DNA of 64,000 bases, taken from the NCBI GenBank assembly GCA_024679065.1, contig JAGIQG010000007.1, positions 65,224,001 through 65,288,000 on the forward strand, written 5' to 3'. Positions 13,708-27,075 of the stretch are shown piece after piece. The notes below the pieces were generated by a model that was not told the DNA's origin, did no database searches, and saw nothing but the letters and a program-made list of their open reading frames with translations. Made by a program: the position numbers and the translations under genes. Origin of the DNA: Sphyrna mokarran (Eukaryota). Numbering within the stretch: position 1 is the stretch's first letter; each line of letters begins with the position of its first letter.

Positions 13708-14365
13708 AGGCCCAGATTTTCACTCCCGAGTCAAGTGGACAAAAGCAGCAGAAATCCCGCCTTTGCAAACTCAACTTTAAAATGGTATTCCACAGGTTTT
13801 TGTTCTGGGGTGGGGTGGATTGGATTGGAAGTTGGGCCTTTCATCCCTGAACGAACCTGCCACTCCTCACCTCCCCACACAGTTCCTATGCTCCATCCAT
13901 GCTAGGTTTTGCCACTTCATGCTCCCCACACATCCCCATGGTCCCTCGTATCCCCATGCCATCTCATGTATCTCATCAACTGCCATGGCTCCTCATATCA
14001 CTTATTCCAATTCATGTCCCTCAACCATGCCCCCTCTACATAGCCTCTTACATACACCATAACCATCACAGTGCTTCAGGGCCCTGTGCCAATTTGGTGC
14101 CAGCCTCTGTCCCCTTGCTGTTTCCTCTTCTATGCCATCTCCCATAATATCCTACAACAGCTCCTTAACTGCTTTTACAATTGCTTGGCACCTTTGACAG
14201 CTTCTTGACAACTGGATAATTCTTTGACAGCCGGACAAGTTGACAAATCCAATATTGTTTGTGCATAAGAAGTACATAATCACGTTCACTTTTAACAATT
14301 CCAAAAGGTCCCTTACTTCTCTCAAAAGATGCCTTACCATTTCCAAAGGAAGCACCCGAAATCTG
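13708..14365. mobile_element. MITE-like DNA element
   Basis: Termini ggcccagattttc ... gaaatctgg around a C-rich low-complexity interior. Confidence 0.4.
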
Positions 14366-14369
14366 GTGG

Positions 14370-14432
14370 GAGATCATTAAATTTAAGTTAATTCTCTTTT
14401 TCTCTCTGCAGACTTGCTGAGTATTACCAACC
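14370..14432 (+). mobile_element. Penelope-like element terminal-repeat remnant
   Basis: gttaattctctttttctctctgcagacttgctgagtattacca resembles the copies at 42617-42748 and at 58605-58705 (minus). Confidence 0.45.
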
Positions 14433-15784
14433 CCATTCACCATTAGTCTCACATCCTATCTTCCATCTGTCATGAGCCATCTGTGTCTACTTGTGCAAAG
14501 ACAAAAACCACCATGAAATAAACATTCCATATTTACAAATCAAAACACGCCAGATTAAAAACAAACATAGACTAATTTTCTTGCTACAGGCTATCTGTCT
14601 ACCTTTGCCTGTCCTGCTGCTTATATGCAGGACCATCCCAGTGGCTAGAGCATGTTGGTGGAGGTGTGCTACCTTCAATGGAGGTGGCCTAGGAGGGCAA
14701 TCTCAAGCAGCTGTAGGACTGTAGAAAGCCTGATCTTGTAATGCACCATCTCAGCATCGGCAATGGGAATACGAACTGATTAACAGACGAGCAAAAGCAA
14801 AGACCCCGCCAGACTGACATGGATTGAAGGAAGAATGTTGTAAATCTGTGAGGGGACAGCAAAGTCATGCTCCATGGAATTACAGCCACTCCCAAATACC
14901 TCAGTGATCTTGCTCATCTGTTGGAGAGCAGATTGCACAACAGCTACGCAATGTCCCCTCTACTCCAATATTTTCCATCCTTGGCTGGAATGAATTTTAT
15001 TATATTAGCCAATTTTGAGATAATATTCCGATGTGGGCAACGAGTAGAAACAACAACGTATAATGTAGATTTTTTTTGTTATTGTAGATAAGGAAGAGGA
15101 AGAAATAATATCACATCCAACCATTGACATGATAATATATTAGTTTGGACATTACCAGATACACTGAATTCAATTCTAAATGTGCCATGACGGCATGTGA
15201 ACTCACAACCTCAAGGTTTCAGATTCAGTTCCAATCACCACTATGCCACCGCATATGAGAGAGGCATTTTTTAGTTCTTATACAGTATCTTGTATTTTAG
15301 TCATTTGACAAGAAAAGTTGTATTGGTAGTGATGGTTTAAAACAAGACAAGGATCTTTTGTTTCATTTTGACAAGTGCAAAGTAAAAGGAGTTAAGGAGG
15401 CTTGCCTTTTGAATTGATAGAAAATGTAACAAAGGCAATTTTTACTTTTACAGCTGATTTGAACATTTCAGTTACTGAAAACAGCCATGAATAGTGAGGA
15501 AAGTAACTCAGTCATTTCTTCACATCAACAAATATAATCAGGTTAGGGTAAAGTGTCTCTATGAATTTTGGAAGAGATCAGCTCTTATGAACTGGAGAGG
15601 GGAAGGTCAGAGAAACATGAGCCAGTATTCTCCACTGTTGCACTTCCAGCCACCGCTGTCAGTGAGAACAGGGAATGTGATGCTCAGCCAAATCACAATT
15701 CACAGCAGCGGGATAGAAGAATCCCAATTATAGAGTCCCAATAAATTAAATGAATATTGAAGGGAGAAAGCCCCTCCCCACATT

Positions 15785-15805
15785 CCCCCCCCCCCCCCCC
15801 CCCCC
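15785..15805 (+). repeat. poly-C tract (C21)
   Basis: 21 consecutive C. Confidence 0.9.
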
Positions 15806-17677
15806 GCCCCAACCAAGTGGTGAGTTTGGTGGCAGAAAGGTGAGTTATTGTGGGAGGGTAACTGATGCAGACCCCATCATCCTCCTGTCTCCACAATGAT
15901 TAACAAACGGTTTTCCCACCCTACTCCCAGTTGACATCCTTAATGCCCACTTAAGAGCCTGATTCCACTGCTGCTGGTGTAAACTCAGTGGCAGACAAGC
16001 ACTTAGCTGATGGGGAACATAACAAGTAGGCCATGGCTTGTTTGATCACCACCTGACCATGCTCCAGTTCTTCAATGGAGAACTTCAGAAAAGGATAAAG
16101 CTCATAGGGTAGTGGCTGGACTTGGTGGAGGTAGAATCGGGGTTCTAAGGTGAGCAAGAAATGCATGCTTACACCATCCCACAGAAGGATGGGATAAAGG
16201 GGAGTTGGGATGTTAAGCAAGCGGATTAAGTCTGAGGATCCTAACAGCTTTAATGGTTTCAACCCTGATGAACCACCATCTCAAAAATGGCCACTCTTTT
16301 GATGTGAGCACCATTTCCTCTATGGAGGTTAAAGACTCCTTCTCTCATTAACTCCTGTTGCCTCTGGCTGTGCGTCATCTTATCTTGCAAGAGGCAGGGG
16401 GATGTCAGCAATTATGGTCAATATGTGATATAGCAATCATGGTTGAATAGCTGATAATGTGTGCAAACTCCAAGATGTGATTGTATATCAGAGATTATAT
16501 TTGCTGAGATTTGTGGAGATGCATATTACTTCAAAGGGGATAGAAGGAAAGTGAGACAATTACTGTTTAAATCTAGTGAGGCTTACTGGAATTTTAAAGT
16601 AGTGATTGACTGGAGTCAAAACAGCTAATAAAGTGACTGAGAGAAAACTGGAGTGGAATGATTTGGCAAGAAAAGGTTTGACTCAAATAGTTTAATTCAG
16701 AACATCCCAGAACGAAGATTTGGACAAATCTGTATGGATTATAAGGTGAATGGAAGGAATCTATTAAGGCACAATCTGAAACAACTAGATGATGAAAGGT
16801 ACAAGTGAGAGATTATAAGCAAGTAAAGTTACAAAAGTTGGGTAAATGAAACTCTGGGGAAGGGGGAGAATGGTGACCACAAACCAGTTCCAAAATTCCT
16901 GATCCTACTCCCAGGATTTCCAATTTTTAAAAAGCCTGCCTTAATTTCCAACAACCCCAGTGACTGCATCCAAATTGCTTCCCAGGTCAACTGGCAACAT
17001 ATCGCACATTACCTTCCCCGAAATTCTATCGTTCCTGGCACTTTCTCACCAGGAATTTCCCAACTCCCGCTACCCCACTTTGAGGATGAAAATCCAGTCT
17101 TAGCTATGAATCTACAGAAGCTGAAAGGCACCAGCAAAATTCTGCATGAAATTTGGAGTCAACGCTATTAAGTAGAAAAAAACTGGAAAGACTTTATTGA
17201 TGTAGTTAAGCTTATTATTTTTAATATTTTAAGATGCACTGAATATTTATGGCTCTAAGTCTAAGTTGGATGTAGTGACTTGAAGGAAAAAAATTTATAA
17301 AAATCTGCAGTAATATTCATTATCACTGCAGACATTAACATTGCATCTGAATTATTCTCAAGCTAAGATATCATATAATAACAAATTTCACTCTATTTAA
17401 CAGGTGAAGTTCCACAGGTCTCATAACCACATCCGTCACTCTGGTAAGCCAGTCCTGTCAACTTATATCAACAAATGTTTTTGTTGGCCTACCGTATGCC
17501 AAGATTAAGATCAATCAAACTGTTTTCTATAAGTTTGCAAAGACTCCTCTATGTGCTCATTTACCTCTTACAACATTGAGTTGATATTGCCCAGAAATAT
17601 TACAGTTTGTTCCCACAATATTGCAAAACCCCCTCAAAAAAACCCAAAATCATGACTTTCCTGCTTTAGGATAGGTA

Positions 17678-17850
17678 TCATAGAATCAATATAGTATAGA
17701 AAAGGGCCATTTGACCCATCTAGTATGCACCAACAACAATCCAACCCAGACCCTATCCCTATAACCCTATGTATTTACACTGCTGATCCCCCTGACATTA
17801 ATGGGCAATTTAGCATGGCCAATCAACCCAACCTGCATCTCTTTGGATTG
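17678..17850 (-). mobile_element. HE1-type V-SINE, 3' half
   Basis: tcatagaatc...ggccatttgacccatc...gggcaatttagcatggccaatcaacccaacctgcatctctttgga. Confidence 0.85.
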
Positions 17851-17854
17851 CTTT

Positions 17855-18110
17855 GCCACACATAGCAAGAAAACTCTAATTTGATTGCTTTGTGCTGAAC
17901 TAGTTGATATGATCTCTGTCATGAAAATTCAGAGGGGACTGTGTCAATGTTAACACAATCCCCTTTGAATTAAAAGTGAGTCAAAATTCTGATCAGTCTC
18001 CAGTGTCCCTTGTTATTACAGTGTATCAGGGTGGATACAAAGTGAGGACAGCTTCAGGCTGAGTTTTGTTGATCCTTGTGATTGATTAGCCTGTTAATCT
18101 TCTTTGTTTG
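17855..18110 (+). mobile_element. AmnSINE2-like ancient SINE
   Basis: tgtgctgaactagttgat...ctgatcagtctccagtgtccct...gtgaggacagcttcaggctgag...tagcctgt resembles my recollection of the AmnSINE2 consensus. Related to 47168-47310. Confidence 0.5.
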
Positions 18111-19955
18111 AAGATGACGCAATATAGTTAGGCAATTTTGTGAGGTTGCGGAGGCATTCAGAATAATCTTTCAGAAAGATAATTAAAAGAAAGAATATTG
18201 ATTAAGAAATAAAGGAATACCATGAAGACAATACGGTTAGTAAAACTGGAACATACAAATCTTTAACCATTGGTCGAGAATTGTGAAGAAAATAGATTTT
18301 ATTTTATTTGGAATTATTGCTAAATTCTCTAATTAACAACACCTGCAGACTTCGAAGTAGTATTTCAAAAATGAACCTGAGGTAGTGTTCATTCAAACAC
18401 CAGCAACAGTACAAGTCTAAAATTGCAGCAAATGCAGCCAAGTAAACTGGCACAGGTCGAAAGATCAAATCTAAAAATGAGATCACTAAATTTTCACAGC
18501 GTGATGGTTAAGTAATAAATAATGTGTTACCATTCAGTCCCAACATTAAGTCTTTTATGTGGCCTGAAGGCACAATCTTTTGGCTGTGACCATCAAGTGT
18601 AACCATAGTAACGGACATATTTATTTCTTGGATTAGTGCACCACTGAAAATATTAACGTATTATACAAAATGAGGATTTAACATAATCTGCTGATGGTAG
18701 GATGGAGTTTTAAAAGGTTCAATACCCTTTCAATGGAGTAGACGTTGTGTATCTTCAGAAAGTAGTCCGTGTCCAAGTGGTGAGATCTATTAAATAACCA
18801 ACCAGCCATTTTATACTCTGTTGCAATTTGTTCAGAGTGAAACAAAATGAATGTGTGCAAATCTCTCTTCAGCCTCTACTAGACAGCCATCTCAAGTTTT
18901 AAAACCATTTCAATGGACATAATTTATGACATTATATAAATCATGGTTAACAATAGAAGAAACACATGTTTTAACGGATGTAACAAAATGAGATTATTTC
19001 ATATCAAGCATAACCCTTTCAAAATATTTCTGGCATAAAGCACTTAAATAAAAGAACAAAGATTCAACAATGAAACTAAATTATGTAAAACTTTAATATC
19101 CCATAATTACTGAATTTTTAATTGATGAAAAATTGAATTTATTATACCATTGGAATCTTCTGTGACAAATGCACAATTTCTATTACTGCAATTATATTTA
19201 AATTCTGAAATTCAGCAACATTATTTCAAGTAATTTAATTAATTTCACTTTATTACCACAGCACAAATGCAAATAGTTGCTCCTAAATAGAAAGTTCCTG
19301 AAGAAGTGCATGCTTTTTGCTGCATAAAGATCATTCAAGTTTTTATTTAGCAGATATGGGCTAACAACCTCTCACTGAATTTGACACCATCTAAAATACA
19401 TTTCCATACTATTTCAACTATTTCTTCAGAGACTTCACAAAGTTTAACACTTGTGAATGCAGCAGCGCACAAATATTTTGGTTTGGAAAGTGAAGCAATT
19501 GATGCATTTTCTTTCATTAGGCAAGCTTTGTTTCAGCAAAGTGATTTTTATTTAGGCATTAAATTATTCCAATTGCAGCAAACTATATTTTATGTGTTCT
19601 TGCTTTTTTCCTAATTTAAAAAAGCCAGAATGTATTTGATCTGAACTTTCCTGATCATCCTGGTTGTGGAATCTTTTAATGCTTGCTATTCTTCATTTGT
19701 TCCCCTTCAAAACGATAGTAATTCTTTCTAAATATTTCCTACACTTGAAGATACTGCCCTTGCAAACTATTACCCCATCATCAACTCCTTCTCATTGCCA
19801 AGACTTTGAACACCTTTCCCCATTCCCCTACTTGCCCCAGACTTCTGTCCTTCTCTCCCCATGGTTAAATTTCTCTAGTCTAGTTACTACCTCCCCATAG
19901 TTCCAAAAATGGTCTAGCCACAGGCATGAACAAAGCCATTGGTAGCCCTGGGATG

Positions 19956-20068
19956 TAGAATCATAGAATCCCTATGGTACACAAGGAGACCATTCAGTTC
20001 ATCAAGACTGCACCAAACAGGCCCTATCCCGGTAACCACGCGTTTTTTCACACTAGTCCCTCGACACG
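19956..20068 (-). mobile_element. HE1 SINE 3' tail fragment
   Basis: tagaatcatagaatccctatggtacacaaggagaccattcag...ggccctatcccggtaacc. Confidence 0.8.
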
Positions 20069-20089
20069 AATTGAATTTCTCCAATCTCT

Positions 20090-20365
20090 AGATGGGCATT
20101 TTTTCAGATTGAAGATGGTGCAGTGGTGTTCCCTCAAGGAACAGGTTAGGGTCCATTACTCTTCATTTTTAGAAACAGATATAGACAATTATAAAGAGAT
20201 GAAGTTAGCCAATGATATAAAAATTGACAAGACGGTGGTGATGAAGGAGGACTTTAGGATGATGTAGCCAGTGTATTGAAATGACCTGAAGCATGACAGA
20301 TATAGTTCAACAAAGAGAAGTGTGAATTGATGCACTTTGAAAGCACCAATGTGAAAAAGGATAAT
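20090..20365 (+). mobile_element. Old CR1 reverse transcriptase fragment
   Basis: Frameshifted SGVPQG..LGPLLF, KLANDIKI (the YADD-equivalent block) and FNKEKCELMHF motifs. Confidence 0.7.
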
Positions 20366-23300
20366 AGAGGAGTTTGGGAAGAGACACAACTGTTTGAGAA
20401 TCTGCCCACCAATTACCTTGCCACGATCGATTATCATCAATAATCTGAAGCCCTCTCCCCAACTTCCATGATCTCCCCTCAATTTCCACAATCACACGTG
20501 ATCTCACTACCCAACCCCCACAGTATTCCACACTGAACTCCAGCTCCACCTCCATGATCTCTCCTTTATTCTCTACCATTTCTACCTTAATTGCCACAAA
20601 ACTATCCTCCCTCCTGTCATCTGCCCAGTTAAGGCTTTCCAGCCCAGGCGTTTCTATCTAACAGCCAGCTAGCTCCTTATATGGCTGGCTGCTGGCCAAC
20701 CCATGGAAGGTTTTTTTTAAATGTTCTACCATAAAATTCAGCAAGGTCTCTGGATTACTTGAACTTTTAGGTTTTTCAAGTCATGCTTTTCCCCTGCAAG
20801 TATTGAGGCCTGTAAAACCACAAGGGAATATCATACAAATTTGCACACATGCTGCACACATTGGTAGCTTGGATGCAAATGTCAGTGTTTCCATCCATTA
20901 ATACCACAAACTGTTGCTCGTGCTGCAGAAGCAAATTTGTATAATCTGTCCAAAGTTTCTGTTTCATGACAAACACGTCATCGCCTCCAGAAAGATTATA
21001 CAAAGTCACTTTGAGGGTTTTTCAATGTTTCCATCACAGCAGAAGCACAACGGCTATTTCCGAAAGATTATCTCCCAGCAAGCTGCTTTCGCAACTTGCT
21101 ATACATTTTCTTGGTTATAGCTTTTGATTTCAATAGATAATAAACAGGCCAGATCCAATTTAGCCTTATCACAATGGGATAATGCTTCACCAGAAAAGGG
21201 AGAGGGTGCACCTGCCAGCTGAAGGTAGAACATGATCTCATTTGAATCAACGTGACTGTAATCTATTTTATCCATATGTTTGACCCTCGGCAGATGGAAT
21301 TAAGGGATTTTCAACTAGGCAATTCTTCAAATAAACTAAAATCATCACTAAAGTTAACTCATTTGGTATCAAACTGCTCATGGCTGAAACCTGAGAAAAT
21401 AATGGGCTATAAATTGTGAGAAAATAGTGGTGAGTTCATGGCACCTGCCTTCAGTGCATTAAAAAAATGTCAAGCAATTAGTGGTGAGGAAGCAATGTGT
21501 TAACAGTTGTGAATCAGCACAGATTGCTGGATTATTTGCTTTGCTTTATTATAAGCCTCCCAAAAAAAAACTGGAGTTTGCCATCTAACGTGTCAAGAAA
21601 TTGCTGTTTGCACCATAAAAAAGAATGAATCTCAAAAAGACCTTAAGGGCTGCTATTTCACATCATAGTGACCCTGTTAGTAATGTGATTTATGTTCCAA
21701 TATGAAACCCAACTTTCATCAATTGGATCTGTGGAGTCTCACTCTTACAAGTGGTAAATTGTCCCCATAGGTTTTTTTATGCCATTACATTTCATTTCTG
21801 TATTTGTTCTCCTCTTTTAATACAATCTTTGTCCACCTCTCACAATTTCTCTTTTTGTTTAGGATTTAACTTTAGTTCACCCCATTTTCTGCATGAACAT
21901 TCTCTCTATTTCTTTCTTCATCCTGAAATTTATTTGATTTGGAAATGTACCACTGCAGGCGGTGTTAATGAGGTCCCAAATCCATTGTTGACACTGCGGC
22001 ATTATTATCAATGTACATTTCCAGGAATTTGTGGTTAAAAAATATAACTGGAGCTGAAGAATGGGGAAAATTTGTATCATTTAAAGAATAGCTTTTATTT
22101 ATATCTCTGCTATTACACATCTGATTGGGAGCAACACATATTTGATTATGTGATTCTAGAAAGTGAAACATGCATATGGTGTTGACTCTGCAGTATTCAA
22201 ATCTTTAATGCTTCAAATGCAAAAGCTCCAGAAGTCTAAAACAAATTCCCTTTATCCAAGAACATCTGCACTAGTTTAGCAATTTCCATTAAGAGTTATT
22301 CTTCAAAACTTGTAACATTTTAATGATCAGATTAGTAGCTAACCAGTTATGATGCTTACATCCTGGCCTTGGGTTCAATTCAAAAGGGCTGTTCCCTTTT
22401 CAGAACTGAGAGGCTAAATTTCAAACTCTGTGCAAAGCGAGCAAGTGTGAATCAGTTACCTGCGGTACATCTCATCAGATATTACCTCCCATTAAAGATC
22501 CATTATAGCTTGTTTTGCTCCCCTGCTGAAGTTAATTTTACCCCTGGCTATGTTCCCAGAGAACTCAATGAGCTGATTCTAGCTGCTCTGGGTCCCGTAG
22601 GAGATACAGTAAATAACTGAGTTTTTAGATTAAATAACGCTACTTGTTTGTATTTTTTGCATGCAAGTTAAACTAATAGATTACTGCCATGATAACTTAG
22701 ATGGGCTGTTTTATAACTGGCAGTCCCAATTAAAGTTACATGACATCCGATGTAACTGTTAAGTGAGGTGCACTATCTCTTCACGATGTTGTTGACATAA
22801 AGATTGAAAAACAATAAGCAATTTGTTGGCTTGTGATTGTAATTGATAAACAGCCTACACCCGCTATATCAGTTGTGCCTGGATCCCAGGCATTCAGCAG
22901 GGCCTCCCTGACATATGTTTCCTCCCTAGCTGTGAAAAGGGAGAGATATACATTGGGATGAGAACATTCATTGACAAGTCAGACCTTTTTTTAAAGAGTG
23001 CTACGAGGGTAAGCATTCATCAGATTCAAGGCTAGGATGCAGGAAGGCAGTTAGAATTCTGCTCAAGTCATGTTAGATAATGCACTGATGTAGGGAAGCA
23101 CAGCATGGTCATTATTTTGCATTATTATATAACAACAATTTATGCTGATTAAATTAAGTGAATCTGACTATAACTGTTGCTCACTTGTTAATAAATAAAG
23201 TAGCTTAACAACTGGCATCTGACCTCACCTTGCCATGTGTTATTTCAATCAGTCTATCCAAAGTGTGATAGGTGCATGTGGCAATGTGTGAACAACACAA

Positions 23301-23449
23301 AACCTCATTCAGATCACAAGGGCATTCTATCGCTGCACTACTTTTGTTACGTATAATTAAATATTAGGTACTACAGATATACAGTTGAATGTAAAATGTT
23401 CAGATCACTTACAGTATCTATTGCCTTCCATTCACCTAATCATTTGCAA

Positions 23450-23657
23450 CTGGTTTCCAGCCATCCACATCCTACATTCTGGAGTTTTCTTCCAAAATCT
23501 CTGATCACTGCACTTCCCTCTCCGGCTTTAAGACCGTCATTAAAGGCACCTTTTTAAACTGAGTTTTTGGTCACTTCCTTGTTTGGCCTCATGGAGATAT
23601 TTTTGATTACACTTCTGTGAAAGTATTTTTGGGTGTTTTTTGATATTGAAATAAAAG
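23450..23657 (+). mobile_element. L2 LINE 3' end
   Basis: tttccagccatc...ctggagttttcttccaaaatctct...ctttaagaccgtcattaaa...cttctgtgaaagtatttttgggtgttt, an L2-type terminus. Confidence 0.55.
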
Positions 23658-23689
23658 TCACAATGTCCCAAAAGGCTGCCCTCCCTCTT

Positions 23690-23872
23690 TTTTGAGAGAA
23701 AGAAAGTTGATTGGTGGTGATTGAACCTGAGGGTCACCACATCTCAGGCAAGCATTACAGTTGAAAAGGCAGGATCTTCATGAATAACCTCAGCCAGTAC
23801 AGGAATTGAATCCATGTTGTTGGCATCACTCTGTATCACAAGCCAGCCATCCAGCCAGCTGAGCTAACTGAC
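23690..23872 (-). mobile_element. tRNA-derived SINE (non-HE1 family)
   Basis: Minus strand has an A-box (ttagctcagctgg) and a B-box (ggattcaattcc), then gtggtgaccctcaggttcaatcaccacc. Relatives at 25683-25790 and 43715-43950. Confidence 0.7.
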
Positions 23873-25682
23873 ATTATAGGCTCTGTATAACTGCAAGTTA
23901 CTTTTGTGATTAGCAGATATCTATTTGTGAAAGTATCTAAAGCAAGATCAAAATTTGTTCAGTACAAAGTTAGATACATTGATTAAAGCTGATCTTCTCA
24001 ATCTAGCAAACAGCAGGCTGGTCCATACTATGGGCATGTCAATAGATAACCACCAACACCACATGTGGTTAACCTTCCAAAAAGGGGCACAAGCATAGCG
24101 GTCAGGAACCCACAAAGATGATTTCTCTCCTTGGTACATGCAACCAAGTTTACTAGCATTCTGACTCCAGGGGAAGTTTAAATGACACTCAGTCATGATT
24201 AGACACTCAAATTCATAATGTTAAAAATGGCTACCCAAGTCAAACCTGTGATTTAACATTCAAATTATAGATGATTTAATTCTGCAAGCATCAATTTAGA
24301 AACTCACTTATGCACTGATTTTATAAGTTATGTAAGGTGGTTCCCAGACTGGTAGCTTCCCATGAAAGTTGTCTCCTTTGGAAATCCATCTGTGACCAGC
24401 CACTGCAATTCTTTGCCATCCTCTTCAATCTTCTCTCCCTGGCTCCTAAAACTCTTCATAGTTAATCTTCATAATGGGTATAGTTAAGAAAACTTACAGG
24501 TTGAAGCTACAAGTTAATGCTAACACTGCAAACTTTATCTCCCATCCTTAACATTTGGTATTCAATTTCCTAATTTAAACTAGTCCATCATCTGTTCCTT
24601 CAACTAGCTCCATTATCTGCCTTCATCAGTACATTAATGCTTCACCCTCAACTAGCTTGCTGGTCTTCACTGCTTTTGATCCTTACTTTTCAGTCTCACT
24701 GTTCCTCCTTCCAGTGCTGACCCTTCAGAATGACTGTTAAGCACTGCTAATACCTGAGCCCACAAAGAAAATCCACAGGATCCAATGTCAACATCTACAC
24801 TCTGCTTCTTCTGGCTTGCTGATTTCACTTGGCTGATCACCTAGCATTTAGATGGCTTCTGGATTTATTCCCATTCCATAGATTGCTCTGAACCTGGATA
24901 TCATAAATAACACTACGTTGTCCAAAAGTTTGCTTTATTCTACCGCTAACTTTCAGACCCAATCTTTGAATATTTTTATTTAATCACCTCCTTTCTATTA
25001 TCTCTTTATGGCCAGGTTATGTTTCATCTAATCTCTGCCATCACTATGTAAGTGAAATTCCTTTGGTGCCTAAATAATGTGCATTCAGGTTACTGCTCCA
25101 GATCTGATCCCATTACTGTTCTATCCTTTTCCTTTTCTCACATTTCTTCTTGGGATCTTCTCTCCTGTCTCCTTCACTTCCTTTTATCTGACCACATCTC
25201 CTTTCCTTTCCCTCTAGGTCATATTGGTTAATCTCTTCTCTAACCCATCAGTACTCACCTGCTTCCTGCTAACATTCCAAGTTTCGAACAGACCTAGAAT
25301 AAGCCCATGCTACCTGCTGTACTTCTCTAGGCATTCCCAAAGAGAACACAAAACACGCATCACTGTTTTCTTACAGACAGCAATTCACACTGTCCCATCC
25401 TCTCCAAAGTACCTAATTCAGTGTCTCAATAAGGGCAAAAACCTTCAAAATCTATTTCCTGACCTGTTCAGCTTACCTATTGCTCTCTCCTTCAATGCTG
25501 TCAGTAAATAAATAATCAATGCCCCTCCCTGCCCATCTAGACCCTCATTGTGGAGAATCGTATCGACATCTTGATTTTGAGACAAATTTGACTCATGGAT
25601 TGCAAAGGTTCTCTGCCTGAAGGCTGATCCTTGGCAATTATTTGCCTAAAGTAGCAAAATACCAGGATTATTTGCCATCAAT

Positions 25683-25790
25683 AGGGTGAGAAGTGGACCT
25701 TGAGTCTACGTCAGCTGGAATGGGGATTGAACTCCAAGCTGCTGATATTAACCTTATTCAAACACTAGCTGTCCAGCTAACAGTGCTAAC
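25683..25790 (-). mobile_element. tRNA-derived SINE head, same family as 23690-23872
   Basis: gggattgaactccaagctgctg...ctagctgtccagctaacagtgctaac mirrors the 23800-23870 segment. Confidence 0.5.
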
Positions 25791-26076
25791 TCTTCTCGTC
25801 TTCCTAGACAGTCCCTCTGAATTGAGGATGGCTTGCTTCCACTCTACTTCGATGAGTTCTAAGACAACTGATAAGATGAACGCATAGTCTGCAGATTCTG
25901 CCACGTGGGTCAGGTGGTGCTTGAAGGGTTGCATAGCTGAGTTTTATGGAGGTTTGTGCACTCTCTTCAACACTTTGACTTTGCCTCTGCACATTCCCGA
26001 TGAAATCTCTCAATATGTTCAGTGTCTTCCAGTTGAAGCTTCTCTATTTTGGTCAGTCAGAAACCTGGAGGGGCGG

Positions 26077-27000
26077 GGGGTAATTCTTCCATCACGACCT
26101 GCAAATTTTCTGACAGATCCAATCGAAAGAATTGCATGTCGGCCATTTCATGCATGCATTCCTGATACGTGCGCATCTCCCAAAGTCAGGGAACAGGCGC
26201 AGTCCGGACCACACTGGAAACTAATGGGAAGAGAGGTAAGTGATTTAAATCTGTTTCTAATGTATTTTAAATGTAGTTTACATGTGATTATCAGGCCTGG
26301 CACGGAACTTGCCCTACCCGATAGCGTCTCCCATCCTGCCAGGAGTACTTAACTCCAACGGGGTTTAGAGTAGCTCTCCATGTTTGGGGAACTAGCAGGA
26401 GACCCTGCTGGAGTGAAGGAGGGGGACAATCAGGGGTCCACCAGGGGGTTGGATGGCAGGGAGATTGTGCCCCCTGGGCATGGGCACTCTTGGCATTGCC
26501 CACCAGGCATTGGGCAGTGGGGCCTATTGTGGGCAGGATATAGGGGATGATTGGTGGGGTTGAGGGTCCCACTGCCACTCTGCATGGGGATCAGTCTAGA
26601 CTGGAGGGAGGCCAGCAATCAGGCTGGGCTGGGGGCGGAGCTGGAGTCTGCAGGGAGGGGGAGAGGGATGGTGGGGATATGACCCAAGTGGGTTGTCAGT
26701 TGGAAAGGTGGAGTCTATCAGAAGGGAGGGTGGGGGGATCACCATTGCTAGGTGCGGAGGATTGGACATCTGTGCGCTCTGGGATGGGAGCCTCAAGGCT
26801 GGCCCAGGATTTGTTTTGGGGGCCACGAATGGAGCGGTTGGAGGGATAGTACTGCAGGGGTCCTGGCCAGCAAACAGGAAGATTGACAGATGGGGACTAC
26901 TGCACATGCACACAGTTCCAGAACTGTCAGGCTCCAGCGTAAATAGGTTTTTAATAAGATTCATGATTGGGGCCTCTGCCATGCACAAAGTCGGTATGTT
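26077..27000. mobile_element. ~0.9-kb G-rich non-autonomous DNA element inside the RTE
   Basis: Starts ggggtaattcttcc. Shares gggtcccactgccactc and tggcattg.cca.cag blocks with 52971-53570. Confidence 0.55.
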
Positions 27001-27006
27001 TGATAT

Positions 27007-27075
27007 AGTAAGAAGTCTCATAACACCAGGTTAAAGTCCAACAGGTTTATTTGGTAGCAAACACCACTAGCTTCA
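27007..27075 (-). mobile_element. Penelope-like element terminal fragment
   Basis: gtaagaagtctcataacaccaggttaaagtccaacaggtttatttggtagca is near-identical to 29760-29811. Confidence 0.8.

Noticed and set aside
15951-16262. Possible Harbinger transposase remnant (HGQVVIKQAMAYLL)
   Set aside because: Only a faint resemblance to the H...R.VIE.AFG.LK motif, with no DDE residues identifiable. Needs an HMM search.
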